DNA of 64,000 nucleotides from the human T2T-CHM13v2.0 reference genome, Homo sapiens: assembly GCF_009914755.1 (NCBI RefSeq), contig NC_060925.1. The stretch is one strand, 5' to 3'. Below are positions 25,216 to 40,100 of the stretch, in pieces. Every line of letters begins with the position of its first letter. Position 1 is the stretch's first letter. Below the pieces are notes generated by a model. That model searched no databases and was not told the DNA's origin. It was given only the letters and a program-made list of their open reading frames with translations. The position numbers were made by a program, and so were the translations under genes.

Positions 25216-25585
25216 CTTTCTTTTTTTTTTTTTTTTGAAGAAGTATTGAATTTTATTGAAAGCCTTTTCTGCATCTATTGGGATTAAAATGTGGTTTCTG
25301 TCTTTAGTTATCTCTATGTGATGAATCACATTTATTGATTTGGGTATGTTGAACCAACCTTGCATCCTAGGGATAAAGCTGAGTTGGTTGTGGTGTATCA
25401 GCTTTATTATGTGCTGCTGGATTTGGTTCACCAACATTTTGTGGAGGATTTTTGCATCAATACTCATCAAGAACACATATTCATTTAATGTCATAAATTT
25501 CCCTCTAAGGAATGTTTTAGTGGAATCCTATAAATTTTAATACATTATGTTTTCTTATTATCATTTAAATGAAAATATTTTTCCA
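25216..25585 (-). other. 3' transduced segment and final poly(A) of L1-c
   Basis: Lies between the left TSD (25198-25215) and the L1-c 3' end. T-rich tail at 25216-25236; minus-strand AATAAA at 25252-25257. Confidence 0.88.
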
Positions 25586-25789
25586 TTTTTTTATTATACT
25601 TTTAGGTTACATATGCACAATGTACATGTTAGTTACATATGTATACATGTGCCATGTTGGTGTGCTGTACCCATTAACTTGTCATTTAACAATAGGTATA
25701 TCTCCTAATGCTATCCCTCCACCCTCCCACCAACCCACAACAGGCCCCACTGTGTGATGTTCCCCTTCCTTTTTCCATCTGTTCTCATT

Positions 25790-29610
<3,821 letters not shown>

Positions 29611-29673
29611 TATGATGTTAGCTGGTTATTTTGCTCGTTAGTTGATGCTGTTTCTTCCTAGCCTCGATGGTCT

Positions 29674-30671
29674 TTATGATTTGGCATGTTTTTGCAGTGG
29701 CTGGTCCCAGTTGTTCTTTTCCAAGTTTAGTGCTTCCCTCAGGAGCTCTTGTAGGGCAGGCCTGTTGGTGACAAAATCTCTCAGCATTTGCTTGTCTGTA
29801 AAGGATTTTATTTCTCCTTCACTTATGAAGTTAGTTTGGCTGGATATGAAATTCTGGGTTGAAAATTCTTTTCTTTAAGAATGTTGAATATTGGCCCCCA
29901 CTCTCTTCTGGCTTGTAGAGTTTCTGCTGAGAGATCAGATGTTAGTCTGATGGGCTTCCCTTTGTGGGTAACCAGAGCTTTCTCTCTGGCTTCCCTTAAC
30001 ATTTTTTCCTTCATTTCAACTTTGGTGAATCTGACAATTATGTGTCTTGGAGTTGCTCTTCTCGAGGAGTATCTTTGTGGTATTCTCTGTATTTCCTGAA
30101 TTTGAATGTTGGCCTGCCTTGCTAGATTGGGGAAGTTCTCCTGGATAATAACCTGCAGAGTGTTTTCCAAGTTGGTTCCATTCTCCCTGTCACTTTCAGG
30201 TACACCAATCAGATGTAGATTTGGTGTTTTCACATAGTCCCATATTTCTTGGAGGCTTTGTTTGTTTCTTTTTATTCTTTTTTCTCTAAACTTCTCTTCT
30301 CACTTTATTTCATTCATTTGGTTTTCCATCACTGATACCCTTTCTTCCAGTTGATCGAATGGGCTACTGAGGCTTGTGCATTCATCACATAGTTCTCGTG
30401 CCTTTGTTTTCAGCTCCATCAGGTCCTTTAAGGACTTCTAGTTAGGCATTCATCTAATTTTTTTTTCAAGCTTTTTAAGTTCTTTGTCATGGGTTCAAAC
30501 TTCCTCCTTTAGCTTGGGGTAGTTTGATTGTCTGAAACCTTCTCTCAACTCATCAAAGTCATTCTCTGTCCAGCTTTGTTTCATTGCTAGTGAGGAGCTT
30601 CATTCCTTTGGAGGAGGAGAGGCACTCCAATTATTAGAGTTTCCAGTTTTTCTGATCTGTTTCTCCCCCAT
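29674..30671 (-). pseudogene. L1 ORF1p, disrupted
   Basis: MGEKQIRK start; the KTPNLHLIGVPE...RISYPAKL fragment at 29823-30233. Confidence 0.9.
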
Positions 30672-33663
30672 CTTTGTGGTTTTATCTACCTTTGGTCTTT
30701 GATGATGTTGACGTACCGATGGGGTTTTGGTGTGGACGTCCTTTCTGTTTGTTAGTTTTCCTCTAACAGTCAGGACCCTCAGCTGCAGGTCTGTTGGAGT
30801 TTTCTGGAGGTCCACTCCAGACCCCATTTGCCTGGGTATCAGCAGCGGAGGCTGCAGAACAGCAGATATTGGTGAACAGCAAATGTTGCTGCCTGATTGT
30901 TCCTCTGGAAGTTTTGTCTCAGAGGAGTACCCGGCCATGTGAGGTGTCAGTCTGCCCCTACTGGGGGGTGCCTCCCAGTTAGGCTACTTGGGGGTCAGGG
31001 ACCCACTTGAGGAGGCAGTCTGTCTGTTCTCAGATCTCCAGCTGCATGCTCGGAGAACCACTACTGTCTTCAAAGCTGTCAGACAGGGACATTTAAGTCT
31101 GTAGAGGATTCTGCTGCTTTTTGTTTGGCTATGCCCTGCCCCGAGAGGTGAAGTCTACAGAGGCAGGCAGGCCTCCTTGAGCTGCTGTGGGCTCCACCCA
31201 GGTTGAGCTGCTGGCCGCTTTGTTTACCTACTCAAGCCTTGGCAATGGCGGGCGCCCCTTCCCCAGCCTCACTGCCACCTTGCAGTTTGATCTCAGGCTG
31301 CTGTGCTAGTAAGGAGTGAAGCTCCGTGGGCATAGGACCCTCTGAGCCATGTGCGGGATATAATTTCCTGGTGTGCCGTTTGCTAAGACCACTGGAAAAG
31401 TGCAGTATTAGGGTGGGAGTGACCCGATTTTCCAGTTGCCGTCTGTCATCCCTTTGTCTAGGAAAGGGAATTCCCTGACCCCTTGCACTTCCCAGGTGTG
31501 TCGATGTCTTGCCCTGCTTTGGCTCACTCTTGGTCTTGGTGCACTGCTCCCTCTGTCCTCTGCCCACTTTCTGACACTCCCCAGTGAGATGAACCCAGTA
31601 CCTCAGTTGGAAATGCAGAAATAACCCGTCTTCTGCATTGTTCATGCTGGGAGCTGTAGACTGGAGCTGTTCCTATTCAGCCATCTTGGCCCCACCCCTC
31701 CGAGTTCACTAATTCTTTCTTCTGCTTGATTAAATATGCTCCTGAACACTTACATTGAATATCTTAGTTCAGTTATATTCTTCAGTTCCAGAATTTTTGT
31801 TTGGTTCTTTAAAAAAAAATTTCTATTTGTTTACATTCTTAGTTTACTTACGCAACATTTTTCAGAATTTGTTTAATTGTCTGTGTTCTCTTGCAACTCC
31901 TGAGCCTCTTGAAGATGACTATCTTGAATTCTTTGTCAAATAGTTTTTATATCTCCCTTTCTTTAGGATCCATTACTAGAGATTTGTTTTCTTTATTTGA
32001 TTGTATCATGCTTTCCTGATCTTTTCCTATTTTTTGTAGCTTTGTATTGATGTCTGGAGATTTGAAGAAACAACTAACTCTTCTAGCAATTCTCCATAAA
32101 GTGGCTTTGACAGAAAAAAATTTCCTGATCAGCCTGGCTAGGGATTCCAGGCCTGTGTTCCTAGTTGCCCGGGTATCTAGTCTTTTTGTTTTTAAAGCTC
32201 ATGGTTTCTTGCTCCTGCTGGTGTTAGACTGTGTCAGTTCCTTTAGTGCTCCGTGTAAGGCAAGACAGGCACTGACTCCTTGAGAAGTGTGCTGAAAGGC
32301 CAGGGACATTGGAGTCACATTCCACTCATCTTCTTTCCTGAGGGAGAAGTCTCAGTTCTGTACTGTTTCCAATCTTGCAGCTCTGTGCTACCTGTAGGGG
32401 GGGTGCCCGCCCCTTTGTCTTTGTTCCAAGCTATCCCAGTAATCTGAGCTATGCTGCTTCCTTCAGCACTTTGTTTGTGGTAACACAGAAACTTGCCTCT
32501 TGTGGAGCATATTGAAAAGCTGGGAAGCTAGGCTTATGGTTCACCCTCTCTTTACTCCCTTTGTAGAAGTCACGGGCCAGGCAATCTCTCTCTGTGCTGA
32601 GCTGTGCCAGTTTCAGGGAAAGGCTGATGTGGATAAAGTGAAATTACTCATATCCATTTCAGTGTGGCTGTTCTTGGTTTTGTGCTCATGTGTTGTGCTG
32701 CACCTCTTTACCTACATTGTAGACTTCTCATAATGGTATTTTCATGTATATATTATTGTTTGCTGTTTCTCTGGGGGAACTAAATGCTGGGACTTCCTAT
32801 TCTTCCATTTTGTGGGCATCACTCTTTCAAAGTTTATTTTTTAATGTTATGAAAGCACACGGAGGTGATAGAAACTGTAAATCTACTTATACAGAGGAAA
32901 CCACAGTTAAGAAAATTAAACCTCAGCAATGAAACATCAATTTCTGTTCTTACAGTTATTAAGTAGTGCCTTACTATTTTCTGTTATTCTGAGCTTAATA
33001 ATTCCTGGTGAAGTACAATTTGAGCTCAGATCCCAAAACTTGTTCATTCAAATCGGTTGTAGAAAGAAACAATGATGTTCCCTTATATAACGGGAACAGG
33101 CATTATTTCATTTTTGGCTATTAATCTCACTCTAAAACATATGAAATTAATCTGTCATTCTTACTTTTCTGTTTTAATCATATCAATTTGCCAAAGTGCT
33201 AAATGTTTATGTCTGTGTATCCCTGTGCACACAGAGTAAATGGGCTTCAATTAATATAATGGAATGTTTCAGAAAAGCAATCAGTATCCATAAGATTGAG
33301 CTTAAGCTGGAAGCTTCTCAGTCCAAATGACTGCCGTTAAAAGAATACAGGAGCTGAATGTCCTTGCATTTGGCGGACTTAAGAAAGAAGGATGCCAAAC
33401 GAATGAACTATGACATGATTGAATTTTTGCAAATTCCTGAGAACTGTGGCAAAATGTTTTCCTTTCATAACCTTTGAACTGCTAAGATCATAAATAAGAA
33501 CTTAGATGTTTTTTTACCAATTTTCCTTTTACACTACACACAATAGAATGTGGTTGCATTTGGTATGTTATATATGCCAGAACTGTTGCTAACCAGTATC
33601 TAGTGAGGGATCGGGCATCAGCCACCATGTTCATTTGCTTTAGCCTTAGAAATACCAAGAACT

Positions 33664-33912
33664 GGCCTGGTGTGGTGGCTCACGCTTTTAATCCCAGCAT
33701 TTTGGGAGGCCGAGGTGGGTGGATCACCTGAGGTCAGGAGTTCAAGACCAACCTAGGCAACATAGTGAAACCCTGTCTCTACTAATAATACAAAAATCAG
33801 CTGGGCACGGTAGCATGTGCCTGTAGTCCCAGCTACTTGGGAGGCTGAGCCAGGAGAATCGCTTGAGCCCAGGAGGCAGAGAGAGACTCCGTCTCAAAAA
33901 AAAAAAAAAAAA
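33664..33912 (+). mobile_element. AluS-type element with ~50-bp right-arm deletion
   Basis: GGCCTGGTGTGGTGGCTCACGC...GTCTC then A-tail. TSD core ACCAAGAACT at 33654-33663 and 33913-33922. Confidence 0.93.
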
Positions 33913-34379
33913 ACCAAGAACTTACACTTGAGGAAGGAAGTTAAGTATTTAGAGAGAACATAATTTAGAGCTAGTGTGTTTTCTTAGAATTAGGTCATAG
34001 TTGGATTGAGAGAAAAATACCTTTTTATTCTCATGTTTCTTCCACAGGCTTTTCTCTACTCCAAATTCTTGTTTTGTAATTTTGAAAGACAGGGTAGGAA
34101 TTGTAAAAATGTGAAGAAGAAAATTATTGAATTTTAATGATGTAGAGCTTTATTTTCATGTCATTTAACCTCTTATTCTATAACAATGCACAAGTGTTTT
34201 TGCAATAAAGGTATTCTAAAATATTCCTTGCTGACTTTATTGTTTTCAGTTTTTGTTTGTACAAGGCCCTTGACACAACTTAAGATTCAATTAACATTAT
34301 TAAGACACATATTTTGTATATGTTATTTCATTCAAATCATGGGAATGATGGTAAATGCTATTTAAAAGATTTGTTTCTG

Positions 34380-34530
34380 CCTTCCACAAATATTTATGGA
34401 GGGCTCCCTTTGCTTAGCAATGTGCTGGTTACTGGGAATACATGGATAAATGAGGCAGTTCCTGTCTTTAAAGAATGTACTGGCTAGTCTTGGGTTAAAA
34501 GCAACAATTTTCAGTATAATGTGAAAAATG
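34380..34530 (-). mobile_element. L2 3' fragment
   Basis: CAAATATTTATGGAGGGCTCCCTTTGC...TGTGCTGGTTACTGGGAATACA resembles the L2 3' end. Confidence 0.5.
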
Positions 34531-35729
34531 CTATTTTTTTTTGAAATGAATGATCTCTGGTATATAAATAGAAAAGAATATATAAAGGAGATCTTACTTA
34601 GGTAGCCTTCTTTAAAATGGAATGAGTTCCTACACGCTTTAGTGCAGAAATGAACACTTTATCAAATTCTCAAGCGTAACAATTTCTAAATTTTTTTCAT
34701 AGTTCTGGCTCTTGTGTCAGGTCCTTCTGATTTGCCCCTCCAATTTTGTTATTATTATATGGTACTGTTGTCTCAGCTATGTCACCTGGGTTAATTACCA
34801 CTATTTTGGGCACATCCATACCAAGAGACCAGCTCTCTGAATTTTTGGAAAGGGACTCTACTTTCTCTCTGACTGCTTTACCCTAATATGTAGAATAGTC
34901 CCTTTTCCTTACTTCTTCATGACATAGAGAACATTTGTGAAGATTTTACCAAAGGCTTGACCACACTAGAAGAAAATACAGCATAGAAAATAATTCACAA
35001 TTATTACACAGTTGCAGCCCTTTACCGCAGAGTTTTTATCAGCCCTACTTCTTCCTGTTTACACCCAGGTTGCCTCCACCAATGTGAGAACTACCTGTGT
35101 CTCACTGAATCTAGGCCAAATGTCCAAAACATTTAGAGAAAATGAAAGATGTTCACACTTCTCAGCTGTGGTGCGCCTCTTGAGGCTCTTGAGGAATTTT
35201 CTTCCCCAGGATTGACAATTTGTCCAGTATAATTGACTGTGGGAATATTCATGAAGGAAAGTTCTACTCCCATCCATAACACACTTGTATCCAAACAATC
35301 CCACAGTAGTGTGAAATCAGTATATTTCCAGAATTTTGAATTATATAATGTTAGATAGTATCATGTTGAGTCAAAAATTGTCCAGGTCAGGTTGTGGTGT
35401 AACAGTCACTGAATTTATTTTCTACTCTTTTCCCATTAAAAAAACTGAACTTAAGGTCTAATATCAGCAAAATTCTTCCTGTTTTCTGTATGTAAAACTC
35501 ACAGAACAACATAAGAATTCACCAAGTAACACTCTGAAGATTCTTCAGGGGTCCTTTAACAAACTGACCATCCAAATGACGATCAGTGTCTTATCAGTTT
35601 ACCAGCCTAACTGTATCCTGGATGTCCTGGGTATAGTACATAGAATATATAATTTATGATATTCTAAGAATAGTATAAGAACATTTTGTGGGTAAGTTAA
35701 TGTATAATCAATTATTGATGCATTTATAC

Positions 35730-36220
35730 AGCCAATAAATATATATTGGACACCTGTACCTGGAACACTTATTGGTCTAAGAGATAGCATGATAAACAAA
35801 TTGAAGTGCCTACCCTCATGGAACTTACCTTCTAACAGAGAAGACAGATAAAGTAAAAAATAAAATATATAATATATTAGCTGAGATTAATAAGTACCAC
35901 AAAAGAAGTAACAGGCAAAGAAAGACTAACTTGTGCTTTTATTTAATATCTGATGACTTGAAGGCATTTCTGGAAAAGATCCAAGCAGAGATCAGACTAA
36001 AGTTATGTGAGTATCTGGGGAAATAGCATTACAGTCTGAAGGGCAGAAAGGACAACCTTATGGTGTGGTGTGCTCTAAGGAGCAGCAAGAAGTTTGGCAT
36101 AGCTGTACTAGAATGAATGAGGATGAAGGTTAGGAAATAACAGAGAAAGCCAAGGGCTGAGTCATGTAGGAACATACAAGCCATGAAGATTTTAAATTTC
36201 CCTCTCAATTTTGTGAAAAG
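35730..36220 (-). mobile_element. L2 fragment
   Basis: AAATATATATTGGACACCTGTACCTGGAACACT...CTACCCTCATGGAACTTACCTTCTA followed by a purine-rich L2-like body. Confidence 0.6.
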
Positions 36221-36258
36221 TTAGAATTAGGCATCAATGAAATATATATGTATACCAA

Positions 36259-36292
36259 CGCACACACGCGTGTGCACACACACACACACATA
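36259..36292. repeat. Interrupted (CA)n / alternating purine-pyrimidine microsatellite
   Basis: CGCACACACGCGTGTGCACACACACACACACATA. Confidence 0.85.
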
Positions 36293-37019
36293 TATGGAAG
36301 TGAATGAATCTTCTATCTTTCTATGAGTATCTCATTAGAGTACGGGTACAGAAAAATATTTCTACATTTTTTATTGACTGTTTTTTGAAGTAAATATTAA
36401 GTGAATAATCAAGGCAATAAAAACTTCAGGAACTAGGGTCAGTAACTGATATTTGGCCAGTTCCAAAGTAAACATTATAACAAATATCTTCTAATTACAT
36501 GTCTATTAAACCACTACTAAGATGACCTTCATAGAATTTAGATTGCTATCATAGACTTCTAGCTGGTCTACCTGCTTCAACTCTAGACTCCTCCATTCGT
36601 CACGCAGCAGTCCAAGGGATCCTTTCATGATCTAAATCAGTTTGTGTCATGCCTGTGCTCAACACCACCCAATGGCTTCTTATGTTGGAGTCTACTCATA
36701 TTCCTCCAAAGCATAGTAATTATTCTTTTTGGGAAATTGCACCCCTGATGTATTCACAAATAATTAGAATAAAAACTACATTTTCTTATTTATCTCAGAG
36801 CTAGAGTTAGCCACAAGATTAAATTCTATTTAATGGAATGTAATCAGAAGTGTAAGCAGAAGTCCATTCAATGGAATGTAAGCAGAAGCACTAGAACATA
36901 TATATGTATATTCTCGGTCCCTCCCTCTTTCTCTCTCTCTCCCTCTCTCCCTCTCCGTCTCTCTCTGTCTCTTTCCAGGAAAGATACAGATTGATTCGCT
37001 TTCATATAAAGACATCAAG

Positions 37020-37165
37020 ATAAAGGCATCCTGTTGAAATTCATAAAATTATCAGGGACCAAAGCTCCTCTCTCTTTCTGTTCAATCATACTCAGACTAG
37101 GACTTCCGCCTCAGGAACTGAAATGCCTGAATGAGCTCCAGTCATCAACTCTCTATTTCAACAAA
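37020..37165. mobile_element. Probable MLT1-type MaLR LTR fragment, cut at the satellite junction
   Basis: CAGGGACCAAAGCTCCTCTCTC...AAATGCCTGAATGAGCTCCAGTCATCAAC resembles MLT1 LTR motifs. Confidence 0.4.
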
Positions 37166-40100
37166 CATAAAATGCAAACATCCCAAAGAAGTTTCTGCCA
37201 ATGCTTCTGTTTAGTTAGGTGACGTTATCCCATTTCCAACGAAATCCTCAGAGAGGTCGAAATATCCACTTGCAGATTCTACAAAAAGTGTGTTTCAAAA
37301 CTGCTCCATGCAAAGGAATGTTCAGCTCTATGAGTTAAACTCAATCGTCACAAAGTATTTTCTGAGAATGCTTCTGTCCAGTTTTTACAGGAAGCTATTT
37401 CCTTTACTACCGTAGGCCCCAAAGCGGTCCAAATCTCCACTTGCAGATTCTACAAAAAGAGTGTCTCAACCTCAACTCACAAAGGAAGGTTCAAATCTGT
37501 GAGTTGAATGCCAACATCACAAAGAAGTTTCTGAGAATGCTTCTGTTTAGTTAAGTGAGGTTTATCCCGTTTCCAATGAAATCCTCAGAGAAGTCCAAAT
37601 ATCCACTTGCATATTCTAAAAAAAGTGTGTTTCGAAACTGCTCCATCAAAAGGAATGCTCAGCTCTGTGAGTTAAACTCAATCATCACAAAGAATTTTCT
37701 GAGAATGCATCTGTCTTCTTTTTAGATGAAGATATTTCCTTTACTACGATAGGCCTCAAAGAGGTCCAAATCTCCACTTGCAGATTCTACAGAAAGAGTG
37801 TTTCAAACCTGAACTATCAGAGGAAGGTTCAACACTGTGAGTTGAATGCAAACATCACGAAGAAGGTTCTGAGAATGCTTCTGTTTAGATAGGTGAGGTT
37901 TCTCCCGTTTCCAACGAAATCCTCAGAGAGGTCCAAATATCCACTTGCAGATTCTACAAAAAGTGTGTTTTGAAACTGCTCCATCCAAAGGAATGTTCAG
38001 CTCTGTGAGTTGAACTCAATCGTCACAAATTGTTTCCTGAGAATGCTACTGTCTTGTTTTTATATGTAGTTATTTGCTCTGCTGCCGTAGGCCTGAAAGC
38101 GGTCCAAATCTCCCCTTTCAGATTCTACCAAAAGTGTGTTTCCAAACGGCTCTATCAAAGGGAATGTTCAACTCTGTGACTTGAATGCAATCATCAAAAA
38201 AGTAGTTTCTGAGAATGCTTCCATCTAGCTTTTATGAGAAGATATTTCCTTTCCCACCACAGGCCTCGAAGCCCTCCAAATGTCCATTTGCAGATTCTAG
38301 AAAGAGAGGGTTTCAAGGCTGCTCTATCAAAAAGAAAGTACAACTCTGTGAGTTGAATGCAAACACCACAAAGAAGTTTCTGAGAATACTTCAGTGTAGC
38401 TTTTATGGGAAGATTATCCCTTTTCCATCGAAATCTTCAAAGAGGTCCAAATATCCGCTTGCAGATTCCACCGAAAGAGTGATTCCAAACTGCTGTATCA
38501 AAAGGAATCTTCAACTCCGTGAGTTCAATGCAATCATCACAAAGAAGTTTCTGACAATGCTTCTCCCTAGTTTTTATGTGAAGATATTTCCTTTTCCACC
38601 ACAGGCCTGAAAGCGCTGTAAATGTCCACTTGCAGACTCTACGAAAAGAATGCTTCAAAACTGCTCTATGAAAAGCAATGTTAAACTCTGGGAGTTGACC
38701 ACAAGCCTCACAAAGAAGTTTCTGAGAATGCTTCTGTTTATTTTTTATGTGAAGATATTCCCGTTTCCAAAGAAATCTTCACAGAGGTCCACATATCCAC
38801 TTGCAGATTCTACAAAAAGAGAGTTTCAAAACTGCTGTATCAAAAGGAATGTTCAACTCTGCGAGTTGAATGCAATCATCACAAAGCAGTTTCTGAGAAG
38901 GCTTCCGTCTAGATTTTACGTGAAGATATACCCGTTTCGAATGAAGGCCACAAAGTGCTCCAAATATCCACATGCAGATCCTACAAAAAGAGTGTTACAA
39001 ACGTGAACTAACAAAGGAAGGTTCAACTCTGGGCTTTGAATGCAAACATTACAAAGAAGTTTCTGGGAAAGCTTCTGTTTAGTTAGATGATGTTATCCCG
39101 TTTCCAACAAAATCCTCAGAGAGGTCCAAATATCCACTTGCAGATTCTACAAAAAGTGTGTTTCAAAACTGCTCCATCCAAAGGCACGTTCAGATCTGTG
39201 AGTTAAATTCAATCATCACAAAGTATTTTCTGAGAATGCTTCTGTCCAGTTTTTACATGAAGCTATTTCCTTTACTACCGTAGGCCTCCAAGCAGTCCAA
39301 ATCTCCACTTGCAGATTCTACAAAAAGAGTGTTTCAACCAGAACTCAGAAAGGAAGGTTCAACCCTGTGAGTGGAATGCCAACATCACAAAGAATTTTCT
39401 GAGAATGCTTCTGTCTTGTTTTTAGATGAAGTTATTTCCTTTACCACGATAGGCCTCAAAGAGGTCCAAATCTCCACTTGCAGATTCTACAGAAAGAGTG
39501 TTTCAAACCTGAATTATCAGAGAAAGGATCAACACTGTGAGTTGAATGCAAACATCACGAAGAAGGTTCTGAGAATGCTTCTGTTTAGATAGGTGAGGTT
39601 TATCCCGTTTCCAACGATATCCTCAGAGAGGTCCAAATATCCACTTGCAGATTCTACAAAAACTGTGTTTCAAAACTGCTCCATCCAAAGGAATGTTCAC
39701 CTCTGTGAGTTGAACTCAATCGTCACAAATTGTTTCCTGAGAATGCTACTGTCTAGTTTTCATATGTGCAGTTATATCCTCTACTGCCATAGGCCTCAAA
39801 GCGGTCCAAATCTCCCCTTGCAGATTCTACCAAAAGTGTGTTTCCAAACGGCTCTATCAAAGGGAATGTTAAACTCTGTGACTTGAATGCAATCATCACA
39901 AAGTAGTTTCTGAGAATGCTTCCATCTAGCTTTTATGAGAAGATATTTCCTTTTCCACCACAGGCTTCGAAGCCCTCCAAATGTCCACTTACAGATTCTA
40001 GAAAGAGAGGGTTTCATAGCTGCTCTATGAAAAGGAAAGTACAACTCTGCGAGTTGAATGCAAACATCACAAAGAAGTTTCTGAGAATGCTTCCGTTTAG

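Noticed and set aside
32830-37000. Possible exons or pseudogene pieces, and a possible DNA transposon fragment at ~35060-35400
   Set aside because: I see no recognisable coding homology or convincing exon structure, and the transposon resemblance is too weak to name without a search.
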